Origin: Candidatus Uhrbacteria bacterium RIFOXYB12_FULL_58_10
Lineage (GTDB): Bacteria; Patescibacteriota; Patescibacteriia; UBA9934; GWF2-40-263
Length of the DNA: 59,257 nucleotides
Reading direction: 5' to 3'
NCBI GenBank assembly: GCA_943359455.1
Contig: CALRHL010000003.1
Span: forward strand, 1 to 59,257
Position numbers and translations under genes: made by a program. Every line of letters begins with the position of its first letter. Within the stretch, counting starts at the first letter, position 1. The notes below the pieces were generated by a model. The model was given only the letters and a program-made list of their open reading frames with translations. It had not been told where the DNA came from and did not search any database. Shown here piece after piece: positions 1 through 9,446 of this stretch.

Positions 1-283
1 CACTCCACCCGTCCGCGTCGTGATCCGCGCACACTTCGTCGGTCCCGTCGCAATCCTGATCGACCCCGTCATCACATGTCTCGGCCATCCCTGGATTCAT
101 GAGCGAATTGGCATCGTTGCAATCCTCGTCCTCGGTGAATCCGTCATCATCACCGTCAAGAAGAATGGCGGTGTCTTCATCTCCCCACGACAGACGCTCC
201 TTGAGCTCGGCCTCGGAAACCCATACACAACCCGAAAGACAAAAAGTGATGAAAAAAAAGCGCACGTTCCCTCCATATTCCAT
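1..283 (-). CDS. secreted/lipoprotein fragment with Cys/Asp-rich DCDG-type repeats (5' part only, runs off the window edge)
   Basis: My own minus-strand translation from ATG 283-281 stays open to position 1. It reads MEYGGNVRFFFITFCLSGCVW (signal peptide with an LSGC lipobox-like site), then DEDCNDANSLMNPGMAETCDDGVDQDCDGTDEVCADHDADGW. This resembles MopE-type putative metal-binding repeats. It is absent from the ORF track because there is no stop inside the window. Confidence 0.45.
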   Translation of the reverse strand, partial: MEYGGNVRFFFITFCLSGCVWVSEAELKERLSWGDEDTAILLDGDDDGFTEDEDCNDANSLMNPGMAETCDDGVDQDCDGTDEVCADHDADGWS

Positions 284-402
284 TCTTTCACCACTACGGT
301 TCAAGAATGGAGAAAAACCGTAACAAAAAACCTACGATTCGTCAATCGAGTCACAGTTACGTCATATGATCTATAACGTACGATTGACAATTCAGCCAAA
401 AT

Positions 403-1245
403 ATGATATATTTCTCGACTCCTTATGATCGTAATAATGCGATCATGAGTGAAACCACAACCGGAGATAAGCTCATGTTTGACTGGCTTAGGGCTCCAAA
501 GGAGCAGATACAAGCCTGGGACCAAATGCGCTCGTGTGCATCAGAGCTACCGATCCCTCCACCAACAGAACAGGAAACGGAAATTTCGATCGATCCTCTT
601 CTTGCAATCTGTCTTGCTCGTGGATACCATCAGTTCGCACAGGCGCCTGATGGAACGCGTGGGATGTCCAAGAAGGCGTATGCCGCGCTCTGGCCTCGTA
701 CTATCCGGATCAATGCAATGGAGATCCGGAACCATTCCAGTGCTCTGCTTGTTGATCGAACCATTTCACCAGAAGGACTATCGCGACTTGTCCCCTTGGA
801 GCTTCGTTCCGTCAAACCTGGAACCTGTCGAGATCGTGTTGCACCACCGTGTGACAGCGAAGAGAAACCGCTTCGTCGGTACATTGCTCTTATTACCTAT
901 GGACCCAGCCCCACTCATCGCGAGCTGACCACAACTGCCGACGAATATTGCGAACAGCTCCCTCCAGAAGTGACACCACTCGTTGCGATCGAAGCGGTCC
1001 ATGTGGCGGTCCAATACGGAGACAAGCTCTGTCGCTGGCACCTACGTAATGTTGGTCCCTATTCCATGCGTGTCCCTGGGACAACAGTAGGCACGGATGA
1101 AGTGATCTGTCTCAGACGCGACCATCATAGAAAGCTTCTCCTTGGAACATCCGGTCGTCGAATCTGCAACAACGAACCAGGACGTGAGATCAACGACTTC
1201 TGCGGGAATGCTTCACGACTCACACAGGTCATCCCTGTGCCGTGA
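403..1245 (+). CDS. hypothetical protein
   Basis: Longest ORF in this stretch (280 aa) and GC-richer than neighbouring genes. I see no recognisable motif, and the start codon is uncertain (alternative ATG at 445). Confidence 0.3.
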   Translation: MIYFSTPYDRNNAIMSETTTGDKLMFDWLRAPKEQIQAWDQMRSCASELPIPPPTEQETEISIDPLLAICLARGYHQFAQAPDGTRGMSKKAYAALWPRTIRINAMEIRNHSSALLVDRTISPEGLSRLVPLELRSVKPGTCRDRVAPPCDSEEKPLRRYIALITYGPSPTHRELTTTADEYCEQLPPEVTPLVAIEAVHVAVQYGDKLCRWHLRNVGPYSMRVPGTTVGTDEVICLRRDHHRKLLLGTSGRRICNNEPGREINDFCGNASRLTQVIPVP

Positions 1246-1306
1246 ACCGTTCCCTTTTTTTATATCATCCAACGTGTGTGCCACATGTCCATCCGACTAT
1301 CAATCG

Positions 1307-2149
1307 TCACACGAGAATATTTTTCACCTCCTGAAGAGTGACCTGTCTTTTTCCTTTCTCATTCCGATACCCCCAGTTGCGATTTCCACCAAATGTAAAT
1401 CCACCAAACTGACGAAACAGATCCATGGCACGAGGCGATTCCTGCACATAAATCAAACCTCGTTTTTTTTCGAGAAAAATAATCGGGGTTGGTTTTCCAA
1501 TTTCTTGGACCACAATCATGGAAACACGTGAACGGATTTCTGTTTCAACATTACTTGTGACGATAAAATACTCATTCCACATTTTTCGATTCTTCCAAGC
1601 CTTCTTCGTTTGTTTCATCTTTCGATCTTCGTCTTTCAATAGTCCGTGCTTCAGAAGTAATGCACGCTGAAGAGCAATCACGGTTTCAATCTCCAACTGA
1701 CGATACCCTTCTTCTTGTAGTGCCCAAACATATCCGCGATCCATCACCCCAATTCCCCGTGCAATTTTTGGTGTGTATCCAAACTTTCGAAGCTGTATGT
1801 CTGTAATCCGAAACAGTTTCAAAAACTGTTCAAGAGACGATGGAAGTAACTTCCCCGTCTTCGGGTGCTTCGCGCGATCGATTCCGGTGTATTGATGATG
1901 GTCTATAATAACAACTTCAACTCCCATCTTTCGCAACTTCGCTTCAACGTTCAGTCCAGGCATTTCGACAATCACGACACGCTTCCATTCGCCATCTCGA
2001 ATCAAAGGAACAAGATCTGTCTCTTTCTCAAGCGTCGCTCCATGCGGTTGAGAAGATCGAATAATCTGAATCCCCATCGCCTTGGCAAGTTCATAAATCA
2101 AAATCGCCTCTGGATCGTTAGGAGGGATGACGAGAACTGTTTTTTTCAT
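1307..2149 (-). CDS. hypothetical protein (contains an IIDHH motif, possibly a DHH-like phosphoesterase)
   Basis: 280-aa ORF whose start overlaps the cca stop by 4 nt, suggesting an operon. The only recognisable motif is VVIIDHH. Confidence 0.5.
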   Translation of the reverse strand: MKKTVLVIPPNDPEAILIYELAKAMGIQIIRSSQPHGATLEKETDLVPLIRDGEWKRVVIVEMPGLNVEAKLRKMGVEVVIIDHHQYTGIDRAKHPKTGKLLPSSLEQFLKLFRITDIQLRKFGYTPKIARGIGVMDRGYVWALQEEGYRQLEIETVIALQRALLLKHGLLKDEDRKMKQTKKAWKNRKMWNEYFIVTSNVETEIRSRVSMIVVQEIGKPTPIIFLEKKRGLIYVQESPRAMDLFRQFGGFTFGGNRNWGYRNEKGKRQVTLQEVKNILV

Positions 2150-3666
2150 AGTTCGACTTTGCTCACTACAAGTAACATGTTTCTTGCAAGTTCTATTGCC
2201 TGCTCACGTGTTTCTATTTTTCCTTCATCTCTTGCGGCTTCAACGGCAGAAATAATTCTTCCAAATAGTGGTCCGTTTGTTTTTGATGGAACAAGTCCAA
2301 ATTCCGTGATCAAATCTCGTCCTTGCATCAATGGCTTCAATGCCTCTTTATCAAGTCCGTGATCAATGACGGTTTTTGCAAAGGTCAATCCGGGTGTATA
2401 GGGAGCGGTATCAACTCCTGGGATTGTACGACCACGAAAATCTGCTTCAGAGGCGGCAAGCAAAATGCGCCAAGATGTTTTTCCCAAACGTTTTACCACT
2501 TTGCGAACCGCGTTCACATAAGCCTTATCTGTAATCTTACCTGTCTCAAGAGCACGATACAACATCCCTGGCTGCAAGTGCATTTTTGCAATCGCTACGA
2601 CTGCTTCAACATCGTCACCGCCAAACGACAGTCGTTTGCACATCTCTCTTGTTGGAGCCTCTCCTGCTTCTTCATGTCCAAGCGAACGAATACGACCGTC
2701 GATCGTTTCTGTGGTCGCTGGTTTTCCAAAATCATGCGCAAGTGCCCCAAGCACAATCGGTCGTCGATCCGATTCTGAAAATCCATCGCGTCGCGCAATT
2801 TTTGCTGCGGCATCCACCACCATCATGGTATGAATCCATACGTCACCCTCTGGGTGCCATTCCGGTTCTTGTGGGACGTCAATCAGCGCATGCAGTTCAG
2901 GAAAATGTCTCTCAATCACCCCAATGGTTCGACCAAATTCAAATCCAACCGAGGGACGTTTCGCTTTGACGAGAAGTTTTTCAAGCTCTGTCGTGACACG
3001 CTCTCTTGGAAGATGGTCAAGTTCTCCACGCGAAACCATTTCTTGCATCAACTGAGCAGACTCAAGATCAATCGTAAATTCTAGTCGTGCCACAAATTGC
3101 ATGGCACGCAACACACGAAGTGGATCGTCTTGAAATCGTTCCGAATCGGTGACGCGCAGTATTCGATTTTTTATATCCTCTTGCCCACCAAACGGATCAA
3201 AAATAACACCTGTGACAGGATCCATCGCAAGCGCATTTACGGTAAAATCGCGACGTTGCGCGGCTTCCTGAATCGTCATCGACGGATCAGCTATCACCGC
3301 AAAATCTTTGTGGCCTTTTCCTGTCTTTGATTCTCGTCGAGGAATCGACACATCGAGTTCGAGTCCATCTCCAAGCGACACTTTCAAAACAGCAAATGCC
3401 TCTCCAACAATTTCTACCTGTCCAAATTTTTTTTTAAGCAACGCTTTAAGTTCATCTGGAGCAACACCATAAACTTCGATGTCTGCATCTTTTGGATTCA
3501 ACCCAAGCAAGGAATCGCGCACATACCCCCCAACAATCAATGCACAAGGAGCATTTGTCGCATACTCCGGATTCGGTTCCAGTTCTGAAATCTCACGCGC
3601 TAAATCCTGCGCCGCTTTAAAAAGAGGGCGTTCAGATTTTGGTTCACTGTCACGATGTATTTCCAT
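2146..3666 (-). CDS. cca: CCA-adding tRNA nucleotidyltransferase with C-terminal HD domain
   Basis: 506 aa. It has a pol-beta nucleotidyltransferase head (GGYVRDSLLG..DADIEV) and RRDFTVNA, followed by an HD domain (GALAHDFGKP). Confidence 0.8.
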   Translation of the reverse strand: MEIHRDSEPKSERPLFKAAQDLAREISELEPNPEYATNAPCALIVGGYVRDSLLGLNPKDADIEVYGVAPDELKALLKKKFGQVEIVGEAFAVLKVSLGDGLELDVSIPRRESKTGKGHKDFAVIADPSMTIQEAAQRRDFTVNALAMDPVTGVIFDPFGGQEDIKNRILRVTDSERFQDDPLRVLRAMQFVARLEFTIDLESAQLMQEMVSRGELDHLPRERVTTELEKLLVKAKRPSVGFEFGRTIGVIERHFPELHALIDVPQEPEWHPEGDVWIHTMMVVDAAAKIARRDGFSESDRRPIVLGALAHDFGKPATTETIDGRIRSLGHEEAGEAPTREMCKRLSFGGDDVEAVVAIAKMHLQPGMLYRALETGKITDKAYVNAVRKVVKRLGKTSWRILLAASEADFRGRTIPGVDTAPYTPGLTFAKTVIDHGLDKEALKPLMQGRDLITEFGLVPSKTNGPLFGRIISAVEAARDEGKIETREQAIELARNMLLVVSKVEL

Positions 3667-3668
3667 AA

Positions 3669-6536
3669 CTACATCTTATCAAATCCAACCGTAATCTCGA
3701 ACTCATTTGCGCGAAATGTTTCTGCATTTGCTGGTCGATCACCTGTCGTGCGAAGTGATGATGCGAGCGTTCCTGTCACAAGTGTTTCTCTGTGTTCTTG
3801 CATAGCGGTAACCATCTCCGTCTCCACAGATTCAACATACACCAGAATCCGATTCTCGATCGTCAGACCAGCATTTTTTCGCATGGCATTCACACGACGA
3901 ATAATTTCCCGAACGGTCCCTTCGCGAACAAGCGCAGGCGTCATCGTCACGTCTAGAGATACGGAATAATCACCTTTAACCACTTCAACCACCTTCACAT
4001 TCACTTCATCTTTGATCAATGCAACATATTCCTCCCCAAGCTCCCCTGTCGGCAACGTGACCGTCGCAGACGCCAGCACCTGCCGGACATTCTTACCTGC
4101 ATTCGCACGAGACTCAAGACATTTCGAGACAATCGAACGTGTCTGCGCCATTGCTGTCAGAACGGTATTGTCGATAAGCTTCACGTCCGCCTCTGGATAC
4201 GATTCTAGATGCACAGATGTTCCAGAACTGTTCAGACGCAGATAGAGATCTTCGGCAAAAAACGGTGTGAACGGAGCCATCAGCTTCGCGACCGTCAGCA
4301 AACACTCACGCATCACGTCGATCGCGACTGTCTTATCTTCCCCTTCTTCTTTGAACCTCTCCCGCGACCGCCGCAACCACCATGTAGACAGATCGTCGAT
4401 GAGCGCACCAATCAGACGTGCAGGTTCGGTGACGCGATACGCATCAAGTCCTTCCGTCACATCCTGCACCGTCTGATGCAGCCGCGCCAGAATCCATCGG
4501 TCAAGTACCGAAGTCGTTGAGTGATTGAGTGATTGAGTGATTGAGTCAACGGCATACAACTCATAAAAACTCGCAACGTTTCCAAGAATCCCAAACACAG
4601 CCCTTTGCATTTCAACAAGCGACTTCTCGTCAAACCGTTTACTCTCTCCTGGCTGGTTTACGGTGTACATGTACCATCGCACGGAGTCTGCGCCGTACGC
4701 CTCGATCATCTCCATTGGCTTCACGATGTTGCCAAGTGACTTTGACATCTTTTTCCCTTTTGCATCGAGAACATGACCAAGACAGATAATATTTTTGACC
4801 GGGCGTTCTAGTCCGAGCGCAACCGAAACGGCAAGTAAGGTATAAAACCATCCGCGTGTCTGATCAATCGCTTCAGAAATATAATCCGCTGGGTATTGTT
4901 CTGGATAATGCCCTGCTGCATACGGCATGGCGCCTGAATCAAACCAGACGTCGCAGACATCTTTTACTCGGCGAGATGAACCGCCACATTTTTTGCATTT
5001 CAAAACGACCTCATCGACATACGGGCGATGCGGATCAAAGTCCGCGCTAACTCCCAATTCTGCAAACGATCCAATGCATTGCTTATCTCCGCACTCTTCG
5101 CAAATCCAGATCGGGAGTGGTGTTCCCCAATATCGTTCACGAGAAAACGCCCAGTCTTTTACTTCACGAAGCCATTCACCGAACCGACCGTCCTTAATGT
5201 GTGACGGTTCCCAACTTATTTTCTCGTTCTCCTCGAGTAACTTTTCACGAAGCGAAGACATGCGGATATACCAAGAGTCCTTCGCGTAATAAATCAACTT
5301 TGATTTACAGCGCCAACAGTGCGGATACGTATGCTCATATTTTTCTTTTTTGAAAAGCAATCCACGGTGCGCTAAATCTTTGATGATGTCGATTGCAACT
5401 TCTTCGTCCGTCACAAGCCGACCAGACAAAAAATCTGTGCCTTCCACAAACGTTCCGTTCAATTTCACAAGATGATGTTTTGGAAGTCCAAGCTTTGTCC
5501 CAAGCTCAAAGTCGTCCGCACCGTACATGACGGCGGTATGCACGATTCCTGTTCCGTCGGTCGTGGTCACGAAGTCAGCGGGGACGACGGTCCAGGCCCT
5601 GTCATTGCGAGGAGTCGAAGACGACGAAGCAATCTCAGGGGATTGCTTCGCTTCGCTCGCAATGACATTACGCACAAACGGATAGAGCGGTTCATACTTC
5701 ATTCCAACAAGTTCAGATCCGTTCCGTTCTTCCAAAATCTCCCCATCTAGAACAATTTTTTCCGCAAGATCTTTTGCGAGCCAAAGCAAATCCTCACCAC
5801 TCTTGACAAGAGCGTACGTAATGTCTTTTCCAACCGCCAACGCCACATTGCTCGGCAACGTCCAAGGTGTCGTCGTCCAAGCAACGAGATACTCATTCTC
5901 TTTGCCTATCACTCGAAACTTCGCGGTGACAGACAGATCTTTCACATCCTGATAGCCTTGCGCTAATTCATGCGACGATAAACTCGTCCCACAACGCGGA
6001 CAGTGCGGTGTGACACGATAATCTTGGTACAACAAACCACGATCCCAAATTTTCTTTATCACTCCCCAAAGGGCTTCCACATACTCTGGCTTGTATGTGA
6101 TGTACGGATTCTCAAGATCAACCCAGTACCCAATCCGCTTTGTGAATTCTTGCCAGTCTTTTAAATAAATCCAAACGCTCTCTTTGCATTTCTCATTAAA
6201 CGGCGCGATCCCGAACTCCTCAATCTGTGCCTTGCCTGTAAACCCAAGCTGTTTTTCAACTTCAAGCTCGACAGGCAATCCATGCGTATCCCATCCGCCT
6301 TTACGCTCAACATGAAACCCTTTCATTGTTTTGTACCGCGGAATCAAATCCTTAAATGCCCGAGCTTCCACATGATGAATTCCCGGCTTCCCATTTGCCG
6401 TCGGCGGCCCTTCATAAAAAATAAAATCGCCCATCGGAGCTACTTTCTCAAGGGATTTTTTGAAGATGTTGTTCTTCTCCCAATATTCCAAAATTTGTTT
6501 CTCCCGTTCTGGGAGCGAAAGCCGTTCGTCGGGCAT
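3669..6536 (-). CDS. ileS: isoleucyl-tRNA synthetase
   Basis: 955 aa. It carries the class I HIGH-region PPTANGKPGIHH and the KMSKS motif KMSKSLGN. The WCISR-like WRCKS and overall size fit IleRS. Confidence 0.95.
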   Translation of the reverse strand: MPDERLSLPEREKQILEYWEKNNIFKKSLEKVAPMGDFIFYEGPPTANGKPGIHHVEARAFKDLIPRYKTMKGFHVERKGGWDTHGLPVELEVEKQLGFTGKAQIEEFGIAPFNEKCKESVWIYLKDWQEFTKRIGYWVDLENPYITYKPEYVEALWGVIKKIWDRGLLYQDYRVTPHCPRCGTSLSSHELAQGYQDVKDLSVTAKFRVIGKENEYLVAWTTTPWTLPSNVALAVGKDITYALVKSGEDLLWLAKDLAEKIVLDGEILEERNGSELVGMKYEPLYPFVRNVIASEAKQSPEIASSSSTPRNDRAWTVVPADFVTTTDGTGIVHTAVMYGADDFELGTKLGLPKHHLVKLNGTFVEGTDFLSGRLVTDEEVAIDIIKDLAHRGLLFKKEKYEHTYPHCWRCKSKLIYYAKDSWYIRMSSLREKLLEENEKISWEPSHIKDGRFGEWLREVKDWAFSRERYWGTPLPIWICEECGDKQCIGSFAELGVSADFDPHRPYVDEVVLKCKKCGGSSRRVKDVCDVWFDSGAMPYAAGHYPEQYPADYISEAIDQTRGWFYTLLAVSVALGLERPVKNIICLGHVLDAKGKKMSKSLGNIVKPMEMIEAYGADSVRWYMYTVNQPGESKRFDEKSLVEMQRAVFGILGNVASFYELYAVDSITQSLNHSTTSVLDRWILARLHQTVQDVTEGLDAYRVTEPARLIGALIDDLSTWWLRRSRERFKEEGEDKTVAIDVMRECLLTVAKLMAPFTPFFAEDLYLRLNSSGTSVHLESYPEADVKLIDNTVLTAMAQTRSIVSKCLESRANAGKNVRQVLASATVTLPTGELGEEYVALIKDEVNVKVVEVVKGDYSVSLDVTMTPALVREGTVREIIRRVNAMRKNAGLTIENRILVYVESVETEMVTAMQEHRETLVTGTLASSLRTTGDRPANAETFRANEFEITVGFDKM
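5601..5666. repeat. 66-bp palindromic element embedded in frame in ileS
   Basis: The sequence is gtcattgcgag...gaagcaatc tcagg ggattgcttc...ctcgcaatgac. The outer stem is 11 bp and the inner stem about 9 bp. At 66 nt (22 codons) it is read as VIASEAKQSPEIASSSSTPRND within IleRS. Confidence 0.8.
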
Positions 6537-6545
6537 ATAGGTATA

Positions 6546-6612
6546 AAATTCGAAGGTGAGAAATACGAAATCCGAAATAATGGTTCGTTTTCGATATTTG
6601 TACTTCGAATTT
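6546..6612. repeat. intergenic imperfect palindrome upstream of the ileS start
   Basis: aaattcgaag (6546-6555) pairs with cttcgaattt (6603-6612). The interior arms are partly complementary. Confidence 0.6.
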
Positions 6613-6763
6613 AATGATCTAGGCGGATATCAGCACGCCTGTAAAAGAATTACGATGGTTGAATCGTAGCAGACCGATCAACGAGAGGCAAGCCAACTCC
6701 CCAATTGCCGAAAATGGCTATGTTCATAAAAATACTCGGCCCATTCGGTCATCTCGGCGACGC

Positions 6764-7351
6764 TCATATCAGGTCGAATTTTCGAATGTGTTCGAATAGT
6801 TTTTCGTATCCACTTGAATGAGGATGGATTCCATCTGGCATATCCTTGATAGCGAGTGTTCCTGACACATCGATGTACGACAAATTTTCTTTCACACAAA
6901 AATCGCGAAGCAAGAAATCGTACTTTGTGATCGTCTCATTATCATAAAATTTATTTGGTGACCACGCGATCGGTCTTGTTTTTGTTTCGTCAACACGGGT
7001 CAGACCAACAAAATAAACCTTCTTTGTAAACATTCGTGCGATTCTGATGAGCTCAGTCAAATTATTTTGGAATTGATCAATCGTGGTCTCTGGATTTTCA
7101 TGCGTCTCGTAATACCGCGAGTCGTTGATCCCTGTCCCAAATAAAATGACATCTGGTTTTCGCGCGTGACATTCTACTTCCAATCGCAACAACAATCCGC
7201 TCGTTGGTTCCCCGTTCACTCCGAGTGGATACACTCGATCTTCACTTGATCCCAATTCCTTTTCACGCAAAAACCGCCCAGTCCATCCGCCAAATTCTGG
7301 ATCACCACCTCCTCGCACAATGCTATCGCCAAATATACAGTATTTGCTCAT
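6764..7351 (-). CDS. SGNH/GDSL family hydrolase
   Basis: 195 aa. Block I is IFGDSIVRGGG, block III is GTGINDS, and a C-terminal DGIHP supplies the DxxH-like block. Confidence 0.75.
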   Translation of the reverse strand: MSKYCIFGDSIVRGGGDPEFGGWTGRFLREKELGSSEDRVYPLGVNGEPTSGLLLRLEVECHARKPDVILFGTGINDSRYYETHENPETTIDQFQNNLTELIRIARMFTKKVYFVGLTRVDETKTRPIAWSPNKFYDNETITKYDFLLRDFCVKENLSYIDVSGTLAIKDMPDGIHPHSSGYEKLFEHIRKFDLI

Positions 7352-7381
7352 AGTGAAGATAGTTTACTATACTGTGCACGT

Positions 7382-7849
7382 ATGACGAAACCAACGATCT
7401 ACCTCGGCGCCGACCACGCAGGATTTGAGACCAAAGAAGCCGTTACGGAATATCTGAAGGAAGCCGGGTACAAAATCATCGATATGGGGAATGATACCAA
7501 GGTGTCTGATGACGACTATCCAGATTTCGGTTACGCGGTTGCCAAACGGGTAATGACGGATGGGAATGCAAAAGGAATTGTGATGTGTGGCAACGCGCAA
7601 GGGATTTGTATTGTGGCAAACAAAGTAAAAGGGGTACGGGCGGCAACTGGGTTTAATAAAGAAGTGGCAAAAACGAGTCGAACGGACGACGACTCGAATG
7701 TGTTGTGTTTACCTGGACGTTTTGTCTCTGCAAAAGAAGCAGTCGAAATCGTTCGTCACTGGCTCGAGACACCGTTTAGTGGTGAAGATCGACACGTTCG
7801 ACGTTTGAAAAAAGTGGAAGAAATAGAAAAACAGGAATTTGGCGTATGA
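7382..7849 (+). CDS. rpiB: ribose-5-phosphate isomerase B
   Basis: 155 aa. YLGADHAGFETKE, the MCGNAQGI-type motif and the size fit the RpiB/LacAB family. Confidence 0.9.
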   Translation: MTKPTIYLGADHAGFETKEAVTEYLKEAGYKIIDMGNDTKVSDDDYPDFGYAVAKRVMTDGNAKGIVMCGNAQGICIVANKVKGVRAATGFNKEVAKTSRTDDDSNVLCLPGRFVSAKEAVEIVRHWLETPFSGEDRHVRRLKKVEEIEKQEFGV

Positions 7850-8505
7850 TTGAAATCATCCCTTCTCTTCTTGTTGAGTCTGCCGCCGAGTTTGAACGAC
7901 GACTTCGGCTCGTTGAACATGACTGTGAAACGGTTCATGTGGATATTCTCGACGGCTCGATGTTTGGAAATACATCCTGGCATGATGCTCGAGCAATTTC
8001 TGCGATGCGAACGAATGTAAAGTATGAGCTCCATCTCATGGTTGAAAATCCTCTCCCAATCATTGAAACATGGCATGAACATGTAAAACAGACACATCGG
8101 GCGATTGTGCATGCAGAAATTTCTCGACCGTTTGGAACGATTCTTGAACATATCCGCGAGTTCATGAAACTAGAAGGTGGAGTCGCCATCAACCCTGAAA
8201 CACCGCTTTCAGATGTGGAGAATGTCATCCATTATATCGACGAGCTCCTTATTATGTCTGTCCACCCAGGACAATCAGGACGAGGATTCGAGGGAGGGTA
8301 TATTCTTGAGAAAATCCGTGCGGCCCGCAACCATCGGAAGGATTTAACGATAGAAGTAGATGGAGGAATCACCCCAGCGCTTATTGGACCGCTTACAAAA
8401 GCGGGAGCAAACCGCATGTGCATGGCTTCTTCCATCTTTCAAAGCCAAAATCCAACCGAGACCTTGAGGTCACTGCAAGAGCATGCTAAACTTTCATTAA
8501 ATTAA
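7846..8505 (+). CDS. rpe: ribulose-phosphate 3-epimerase
   Basis: 219 aa with IIPSLL, VHVDILDG, MSVHPGQSGRGF and EVDGGI motifs. It overlaps rpiB by 4 nt. Confidence 0.9.
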   Translation: MIEIIPSLLVESAAEFERRLRLVEHDCETVHVDILDGSMFGNTSWHDARAISAMRTNVKYELHLMVENPLPIIETWHEHVKQTHRAIVHAEISRPFGTILEHIREFMKLEGGVAINPETPLSDVENVIHYIDELLIMSVHPGQSGRGFEGGYILEKIRAARNHRKDLTIEVDGGITPALIGPLTKAGANRMCMASSIFQSQNPTETLRSLQEHAKLSLN

Positions 8506-8517
8506 TACTTACATCTT

Positions 8518-9309
8518 ATGAAGAAATTCATTTCAGCCATCGCGATTGCCGGACTTATTGTTGGTTTTGGTGGTCGTGCCATGCCTGTCAAGGCGGTAAC
8601 AGCGATTTCTGCTGTCACATCTGGCGATCTCGTCCGAGGCGAATCATTTTCTGCAGTTTATTACGTCGGAAAAGATGGCTTCCGTTATGTTTTTCCAAAT
8701 GACAAAACGTATTTTACTTGGTACGAAAACTTTGACACAGTTTTGACCGTCTCTGACACCGACCTTGCCACCATTCAAATTGGCGGAAATGTCACGTACA
8801 AACCAGGGGTTCGCATGATAAAAATCAACTCGGACCCACGAACATACGCCGTTGATGAAGGTGGAACGTTGCGCTGGGTCACCACAGAAACAATCGCTAC
8901 CACTCTTTACGGTTCGAGCTGGAACACGATGATCGACGACGTTCCAGATGCATTCTTCTCCAACTACGAAATGGGATCTGACCTTGAAAGTATTAGTGAC
9001 TTCGATGCGGATGTGGCAGAAGCGGCTTCAGATGACATCAACGACGACAAATCTCTCGAAAGCCCAATTGTTGTCTCTATCGGTGATGATTCTTACGATG
9101 AAGAAACGTATACCATCGAAGCTGGCCGCGCGGTGAAGTTCGTTAACAATGGTTCAAGCAAACACACAGCCACAGAAGACGATGAAGACTGGGGAACAGG
9201 AACGCTCACCGCAGGACAATCTTTCACTCGCTACTTCAACGACGATGGTGAGTGGAACTTCCACTGCAACTATCACAGTGATATGACCGCGACGATTGTG
9301 GTTGAGTAA
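8518..9309 (+). CDS. secreted protein with C-terminal cupredoxin (type-1 copper) domain, paralog 1
   Basis: It has a signal peptide. The C-terminus KHTATE...NFHCNYHSDMTATIVVE shows a His...Cys-x2-His-x2-Met ligand pattern. Confidence 0.7.
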   Translation: MKKFISAIAIAGLIVGFGGRAMPVKAVTAISAVTSGDLVRGESFSAVYYVGKDGFRYVFPNDKTYFTWYENFDTVLTVSDTDLATIQIGGNVTYKPGVRMIKINSDPRTYAVDEGGTLRWVTTETIATTLYGSSWNTMIDDVPDAFFSNYEMGSDLESISDFDADVAEAASDDINDDKSLESPIVVSIGDDSYDEETYTIEAGRAVKFVNNGSSKHTATEDDEDWGTGTLTAGQSFTRYFNDDGEWNFHCNYHSDMTATIVVE

Positions 9310-9316
9310 TCAAAAG

Positions 9317-9352
9317 AGAGATCGCTGTAAATGTCAGTGATCTCTTTTTTTA
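9317..9352 (+). terminator. rho-independent terminator
   Basis: The stem is agagatcgctg/cagtgatctct (11 bp with one G-U pair) and the loop is taaatgt. A T7 run follows. Confidence 0.7.
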
Positions 9353-9356
9353 TTGT

Positions 9357-9416
9357 CTGAGCGAGCAAAGCGAGTCGAAGACCTTATCTGTCCTTCGACT
9401 CGCTTTGCTCGCTCAG
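9357..9416. repeat. perfect 24-bp-stem palindrome (ctgagcgagcaaagcgagtcgaag family)
   Basis: The left arm is 9357-9380, the loop is 12 nt, and the right arm 9393-9416 is the exact reverse complement. The same 24-mer recurs at 22900-22923. Confidence 0.85.
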
Positions 9417-9446
9417 GAAATAAACTGGTGATATACTAACTTTGCT

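Noticed and set aside
6678-6899. 73-aa minus-strand ORF
   Set aside because: It overlaps the 3' end of the SGNH hydrolase gene in another frame and has no support.
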